Shown here: positions 28,028 to 32,000 of the stretch, one piece after another
How positions within the stretch are numbered: the stretch's first letter is position 1
Layout: each line of letters opens with the position of its first letter
NCBI GenBank assembly: GCA_965194595.1
Contig: CBDAEK010000001.1
Span: forward strand, 666,727-698,726
Reading direction: 5' to 3'
DNA length: 32,000 nt
From: Oxalobacteraceae bacterium
GTDB lineage: Bacteria; Pseudomonadota; Gammaproteobacteria; Burkholderiales; Burkholderiaceae_D
Notes under the pieces: model-generated
What the model was told of the DNA's origin: nothing
The model's input: only the letters and a program-made list of their open reading frames with translations
Database searches by the model: none
Position numbers and translations under genes: made by a program

Positions 28028-28192
28028 ATCCTGCATGTGTCCATAGTCTGGACAACTCAAGTTTGTCCAAAGCACTTTGTGCGTCATTTATATGTAAGGT
28101 CGACAGGCGTCAATAATCTTGACAGAATTGGGCTGCAGTCGTCAGCAATAAATGCCCCTTGGGTAAATACAATACCCAAGGAGATAACGCAC

Positions 28193-28564
28193 ATGAGATT
28201 TTATGAATTTGCCCCAGCTAAGCCTGTACTAAAAATCAGCCAACAGCAACAAGCACAACAAGCTGGGCTGCAAAGCACCACCCCTCCAACACCTTGGCCA
28301 CAGAATACGCAGCCAACACCCGCACCACGATCAGTCAAGGTGTATCCCGAGAAGTGGCAGCGCCAGTGGGTTCAAAAATACCTAGCTGCGAAAATCGCCC
28401 AAAATGCCCAAACTGTTCGACCCAGCAAAGAAGATCTGATTCGGGCTTACATGCTGTATGGCGAAGCTCGACGTAAAGCCAATCAAGATTATGAGGAAAC
28501 ACAGGGGAAAGATGAAGAATCTGGCTGGGGAAACGATCACCGCTGGACTCGTCGAGATAATTAA
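28193..28564 (+). CDS. Hypothetical protein (123 aa), Gln/Pro-rich N-terminal half
   Basis: The ORF 28037-28564 is trimmed to the ATG at 28193, which is preceded by cAAGGAGataacgcac. Its stop codon overlaps the stop codon of the convergent recombinase gene. Confidence 0.4.
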   Translation: MRFYEFAPAKPVLKISQQQQAQQAGLQSTTPPTPWPQNTQPTPAPRSVKVYPEKWQRQWVQKYLAAKIAQNAQTVRPSKEDLIRAYMLYGEARRKANQDYEETQGKDEESGWGNDHRWTRRDN

Positions 28565-29226
28565 ACCAACTCCACCGCCCTACGCTTCATATCGTCATTA
28601 ACGTCAATGTAGGCTTGGGTGGTGCTGATTGACCTATGTCCAGCTAAACTCATCAGCACACGCACACCAACGCCTTTTGCTGCCAAGTTAGTGATGAAAG
28701 TACGCCTACCCGAATGACTACTACCACCAGCAATGCCCGCTCGTTTGTACAAGTAATGAAAGTGCTGTGCTAGGGTGTTAGGGGTGAACCCCTCACGCTT
28801 TTGTGTGTAGAACAGTGGTGAGTTAGGATTAGTGGGTTTGTGGCTGCGTACATAAGCCTCAAGCTCACGCTTTAGTTTGGCATTGACGAACACAGTACGA
28901 GCATGACGCCCTTTGGTCTGTGCGGGTTCTAGCTGTATCTCATCACGTATCTTGCCCACGTCATCCACTACGTCTGCATATCTCAAATAAGCCACTTCAC
29001 CTACACGCATACCAGCCCAATGCGTTACTAACAGCATTGTGCGATTACGAAGTGCATGTTTGTGCTGTGCGACATAATCAAGCACTTGCTTCAAATTTTG
29101 CTGCGTTAGTGTTTTTGCTTGCTTGGGCATAGTTTGTTTTCGCTCCCCTAACCAAAACTTTGCTATGCGTACAGCGTAATTTCTTTGTTTTGTTTGGGCG
29201 ACCTGTTTTTGGTGGTTTTTTTTCAA
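28561..29226 (-). CDS. Short tyrosine recombinase, mostly catalytic domain (about 190-221 aa)
   Basis: Catalytic motifs are present: WAGMRVGEV (Arg I), HSGRRTF (His-x-x-Arg) and AGHRSISTTQAYIDV (His/Tyr nucleophile region). There is no long N-terminal arm-binding domain. A TTG start at 29226 has SD GAGGA 7 nt upstream. An internal ATG (MPKQAK) is an alternative start. Confidence 0.75.
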   Translation of the reverse strand: MKKNHQKQVAQTKQRNYAVRIAKFWLGERKQTMPKQAKTLTQQNLKQVLDYVAQHKHALRNRTMLLVTHWAGMRVGEVAYLRYADVVDDVGKIRDEIQLEPAQTKGRHARTVFVNAKLKRELEAYVRSHKPTNPNSPLFYTQKREGFTPNTLAQHFHYLYKRAGIAGGSSHSGRRTFITNLAAKGVGVRVLMSLAGHRSISTTQAYIDVNDDMKRRAVELV

Positions 29227-29411
29227 ATTTTCGTCCTCTGTAAATTCAATGACTTAGCTACTGATTACAGCAAAATCAAATCAAATGCTAATTCTGTTTG
29301 ATTTGTATATTTAGCTAATCTGTTGCTGATCTCGCAGGATTTTGTGCTGAAAATTCAGGCACAGCGAAAGAGTTGATTGAAATAACGAGATCGAGTTGCG
29401 AAATTTCGCCG

Positions 29412-29434
29412 TTATTCACAAATTATGTGGATAA
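29412..29434. promoter_or_regulatory. Pair of inverted DnaA-box consensus sites
   Basis: TTATTCACA at 29412-29420 matches TTATNCACA. TGTGGATAA at 29426-29434 is the reverse complement of TTATCCACA. They are separated by 5 bp. The 12-bp palindrome GCGAAATTTCGC (29398-29409) lies immediately upstream. Confidence 0.5.
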
Positions 29435-30253
29435 CTCAGTGCGACTGCGTACACACCCTACAAGCTGTTTTCGCTCTGTATAGCTGCCAAAGCACTACTG
29501 ATGCTTTTAAAGCTGCTGTAGAGCTTGTAAAGCAGCACATTGCTGCTGGGTTTTGTGTGACCGCAGCTCGGCATTTGTAGTGTTTGCTGTTTTACTGATT
29601 ACGAAATAGCTAAGTGATGTTGAGAGCGAACTGCGTTCGCTGTGCCTTCGCTATCTTCGCTCACTCGCGTTCGCTTAGTTAGCTCGTCACAGATATTTCA
29701 AGTTCTAGATTTCAAATGCTTGGAAGTATTTCGAAATTGGTTTGTTTGAAATCATGTTATGTGTTTGGCTTTCGCTAGATTCAACCCACACTGAGCCTTA
29801 CACAGCAGGCTCAGTGTGAGAGAAAGATCTTTCGCTGAGTTCTTTACTCCACTGCACTTCGGCACAACCTCTACGAGGTCAAGGGCGGTTTTGCTGTCTC
29901 CTTTTACGTGCTGCTGAATTAAAACGCAATCCACACCACAGCCGAAGTGCCGACCATGGCAGGTTTGTAGGTTGCCGTGTGAGCATTGCCTACTCGTGAT
30001 GCTCTGCCGTTGAGGCAGCATCTTTGTGCTTGATATTTCATTCTCTGGTCAATTGGGCTAGCAAAACCCAATAGCATCAAGGGTAGTGACCATGAGTCCC
30101 TGCTACTGCTCAGGATTTCCGTCCCTGCGATCATGTCTGTCCAGGTCTAGGGTGCCATTAGACTGAGTGGCACTGCTCGTTATCAGTAGTAATACGGGAT
30201 AGCACAGACTGTTCATTGCTGACGTCCCTCACAGTTATTTAGTCAAACCAAAC

Positions 30254-30290
30254 AAAACCCACGAAAAATCTAATGGGTTTTGTGGGTTTT
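30254..30290 (+). terminator. Terminator-like hairpin at the right end of the ORF-free region
   Basis: The stem aaaacccac (30254-30262) pairs with gtgggtttt (30282-30290), and an alternative inner pairing aaaaccca/tgggtttt is possible. T residues follow on the + strand, and TTTTGTTTGGTTT follows on the - strand. Confidence 0.4.
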
Positions 30291-30396
30291 AGACAGCAGC
30301 GTGGCAATCTCTCACAAAATCTGCGTAATTTTGGTCGTTCTTTGACCAAATCAGTCATAACTTATGTGTGCAGTTCAACTTTTAAGGAGAGCACAC

Positions 30397-30837
30397 ATGA
30401 ATGCATTAACTGGATTAAAGCTAGTCGCTAGCAAGAAAAATCGTACCCTTTCCCCAGTAGCCCATCGCCGTAACAAACTCGTCAACAAGCTGCATGAGCA
30501 GATTGAGTTATGCGAAGCACAAAAAGCTGGTGAGATTTATGCACCCCGTCGTCTGCGTACTGTCACTAACAAGCAAACTGGTGAACGTGTGACTATTGAA
30601 GCTGTCAAGCGTGTGAAGGAATGGTTTTGGATTAATGACGCTGGAAAAATCAATCTTGCTGTGCGCTATGGCAGCAAAGTGCTGGAACTAGCCAAGGGCA
30701 AGAATGCCATTGAGCTTGGCAGTGGTGACGAACTAATAGCTGCCTTACATGCACTTAAAGCAGCGGCACTGGCAGGGGAACTTGACGCACAGATTGAAGC
30801 TGCCAGTGGAGCGTTAAGGGCTGGGTTTGTTAAGTAG
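30397..30837 (+). CDS. Hypothetical protein (146 aa)
   Basis: The ORF 30364-30837 is trimmed to the ATG at 30397, which is preceded by tAAGGAGagcacac. The sequence MNALTGLKLVASKK...AGELDAQIEAASGALRAGF looks like a conserved island/ICE-associated protein family, but I cannot name it reliably. Confidence 0.55.
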   Translation: MNALTGLKLVASKKNRTLSPVAHRRNKLVNKLHEQIELCEAQKAGEIYAPRRLRTVTNKQTGERVTIEAVKRVKEWFWINDAGKINLAVRYGSKVLELAKGKNAIELGSGDELIAALHALKAAALAGELDAQIEAASGALRAGFVK

Positions 30838-31203
30838 TGGCGTTGCAGACGCCACGCCAATTGGTGCAGCTAGCACCAATGACCCAGCTTGTGGCAAACC
30901 CAGTGTCAAGCTGACGCTGGGTATTTCAACATTCGTAGCTGCGAATGTTGATACCACAAGCATTGATTTGGTTTAATCAGCACAGCTAGTGATGATTGAA
31001 GCAAACTAACTTTACTAATAGAGGGCGCCGCTGGCGCCCTGTTAGCTGGCGTGTACGCTGGCGACAGTCAGCAAAGCTATAAGACGACAATGACAGCCTC
31101 CCAGCGAGGCGTGTTTTGGCATTGAGACGATCTATCTCTGTAAGCCTGGGCCCAGGCACGATTTGAAAGAGGTAGAGGTAGCAAAGCACTCATTGCCTCA
31201 AGC

Positions 31204-31410
31204 TTAAATTCCAACGTTTACCGCTAACTTGTCTTTTACATCAGAAATCCTCCTACATACAAGATTATGCATCTCGTTATGGGATGCACTTTCCGGGGGG
31301 ATGCACTTTCCGGGGGCAAGCTCAACATCGGCAAAGCTAAGCATGCCCTGACCATTCTGCAGAAACGTTTGGCACCCACCAAGAAAAAGTGTCAAACTCA
31401 AAATCGGCAT
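31204..31410 (-). CDS. Possible small lipoprotein ORF (68 aa) interrupted by, or created by, a 17-bp tandem duplication
   Basis: The N-terminus MPILSLTLFLGGC has a lipobox. The reading frame passes through the duplication at 31282-31315. With a single copy, the ORF would stop after about 41 codons. Confidence 0.25.
   Translation of the reverse strand: MPILSLTLFLGGCQTFLQNGQGMLSFADVELAPGKCIPPESASHNEMHNLVCRRISDVKDKLAVNVGI
31282..31315. repeat. Perfect 17-bp tandem duplication
   Basis: The unit ggatgcactttccgggg occurs at 31282-31298 and is repeated exactly at 31299-31315. Confidence 0.95.
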
Positions 31411-31521
31411 TGCTGTAAGTAATGTGGACAGTTTTTAATGAATAGAGTCTAGATTTAAGGCATGATTAAAACAGCGAATACTATTTGCCAAAAGCAAAAG
31501 TCATAACAAAAACGATTTTTT

Positions 31522-31803
31522 CTACATAGATTTGCCTAACCAAAATTTACGTTCAATAAGTGAATATTTCCAACCTTTTGATGCCATACAGTCGCGAAAT
31601 TTTTCGCTGATGTATATGGTTTGCTTAGGATCTTCGGCATTCGCAAAAACAAACAAATTTTTACTATTGCATTCACGTTCCGAAGACTCAAAGCTAAGTT
31701 TGGAAGCACTTTTGATATCGACATGGGTAATTTGATAAACACCGCCACAACCGGAAATCAAAGCACTTGCGAGGCTAAAAAAAATTATTAATGATTTATT
31801 CAT
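31522..31803 (-). CDS. Small lipoprotein (93 aa)
   Basis: The ORF 31522-31827 is trimmed to the ATG at 31803. The signal peptide MNKSLIIFFSLASALISGC has a lipobox. Confidence 0.55.
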   Translation of the reverse strand: MNKSLIIFFSLASALISGCGGVYQITHVDIKSASKLSFESSERECNSKNLFVFANAEDPKQTIYISEKFRDCMASKGWKYSLIERKFWLGKSM

Positions 31804-31823
31804 AATGATTATAGTTCGTGGTT

Positions 31824-32000
31824 TCAAGTACGAAGTGCAACACGGTTTAAAGATTCATGAAACACCTGATGAGGAGTTTTAAATCCTAATCGTTTTCTAG
31901 GGCGGTGATTCAATCGATCTTCAATCATTTTAAGCTCGGCATCAGTAACAGTCGATAAGTGCCGCTTTTTAGGAATGTACTGCCGTAATAAGCCGTTGTA
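31824..32000 (-). mobile_element. IS30-family transposase, C-terminal ~58 codons (the rest lies beyond the window)
   Basis: My minus-strand translation reads YNGLLRQYIPKKRHLSTVTDAELKMIEDRLNHRPRKRLGFKTPHQVFHESLNRVALRT*. The L(N)xRPRKxLGFKTPxxVF tail is characteristic of IS30-family DDE transposases. The stop codon is at 31826-31824. Confidence 0.7.

Larger units (their letters stand above)
29227..30396. other. 1.17-kb ORF-free, hairpin-dense region: candidate replication origin and/or large structured RNA
   Basis: There is no credible ORF on either strand. It contains an AT-rich tract, two DnaA boxes, clustered TTCGCT repeats, several perfect stems and a terminator-like hairpin. Coordinates are given in the findings. 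Confidence 0.5.
21144..32000. mobile_element. tRNA-Lys-associated genomic island(s); the right boundary is not in the window
   Basis: The region starts right after the tRNA and its first gene is an integrase. GC content looks lower and AT-rich codon use higher than in the flanking core genes. Most ORFs are orphans. There is also a second recombinase and an IS30-family fragment. No copy of the tRNA 3' end was seen downstream. Confidence 0.75.

Noticed and set aside
29251-29618. 9-bp inverted repeat acttagcta / tagctaagt, plus a direct actgattac copy, as the ends of an invertible switch for the short recombinase
   Set aside because: A 9-bp inverted match within a 1.2-kb region is expected by chance, at about 2-3 occurrences. 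No promoter-like content was seen between the copies. It is kept only as a note under the recombinase finding.
29752-30134. Minus-strand ORFs of 89 and 71 aa inside the ORF-free region
   Set aside because: Their translations are rich in Cys, His, Gly and Gln and look random. Neither has a ribosome-binding site, and they overlap each other in different frames. The region is better explained as non-coding.
30986-31189. 67-aa minus-strand ORF
   Set aside because: It has no SD and spans the GC-rich hairpin and the GCTGGCG repeats. Its composition (Arg/Leu/Cys) is typical of spurious ORFs.
1-32000. CRISPR arrays, rRNA genes and toxin-antitoxin pairs of known type
   Set aside because: I found no regularly spaced direct repeats with unique spacers, no rRNA-like sequence, and no recognisable RelE, MazF, VapC or HicA-type small ORF pairs on either strand.

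Overview
The window has two parts.

**Part 1 (1-21.1 kb): conserved proteobacterial housekeeping DNA.** The gene order looks beta-proteobacterial, which is an inference from synteny and protein sequences only.
- dnaX (5' part) with the SRP RNA gene just upstream
- ubiD, a lytic transglycosylase, an EthD-like protein and an aminotransferase
- The nusB-ribH-ribBA-ribE-ribD cluster
- A four-gene type IV minor-pilin operon (pilV-pilW-pilX-fimT-like)
- nrdR-glyA, an SDR oxidoreductase, and the complete ybgC-tolQRAB-pal-cpoB cluster
- It ends at a tRNA-Lys(UUU) gene with a consensus promoter and an intrinsic terminator.

**Part 2 (about 21.14 kb to the window end): a lower-GC, integrase-led genomic island next to that tRNA.** Almost none of its genes have a function I can recognise. 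The island holds:
- A 460-aa tyrosine integrase
- A cysteine-free glutaredoxin-fold protein with a small partner ORF
- A minus-strand three-gene module: a 322-aa unknown, a 493-aa protein and a 176-aa protein
- The 493-aa protein carries the motifs and motif spacing of a family-A (Pol I / T7-like) polymerase domain, with no exonuclease domain.
- The 176-aa protein has a Cys-His-Asp pattern like transglutaminase/papain-fold peptidases.
- A divergently transcribed Trp-rich 330-aa protein
- A second, short tyrosine recombinase that is mostly catalytic domain
- A 1.17-kb ORF-free, hairpin-dense region with paired DnaA boxes and clustered TTCGCT repeats
- A second hairpin-dense non-coding stretch, small lipoprotein genes, and the 3' end of an IS30-family transposase at the window edge

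**Best candidate for something undescribed:** the polymerase-like module together with the adjacent origin-like or ncRNA-like non-coding region.

All functional calls in the island come from reading motifs by eye. They need profile or structure searches before they can be trusted.
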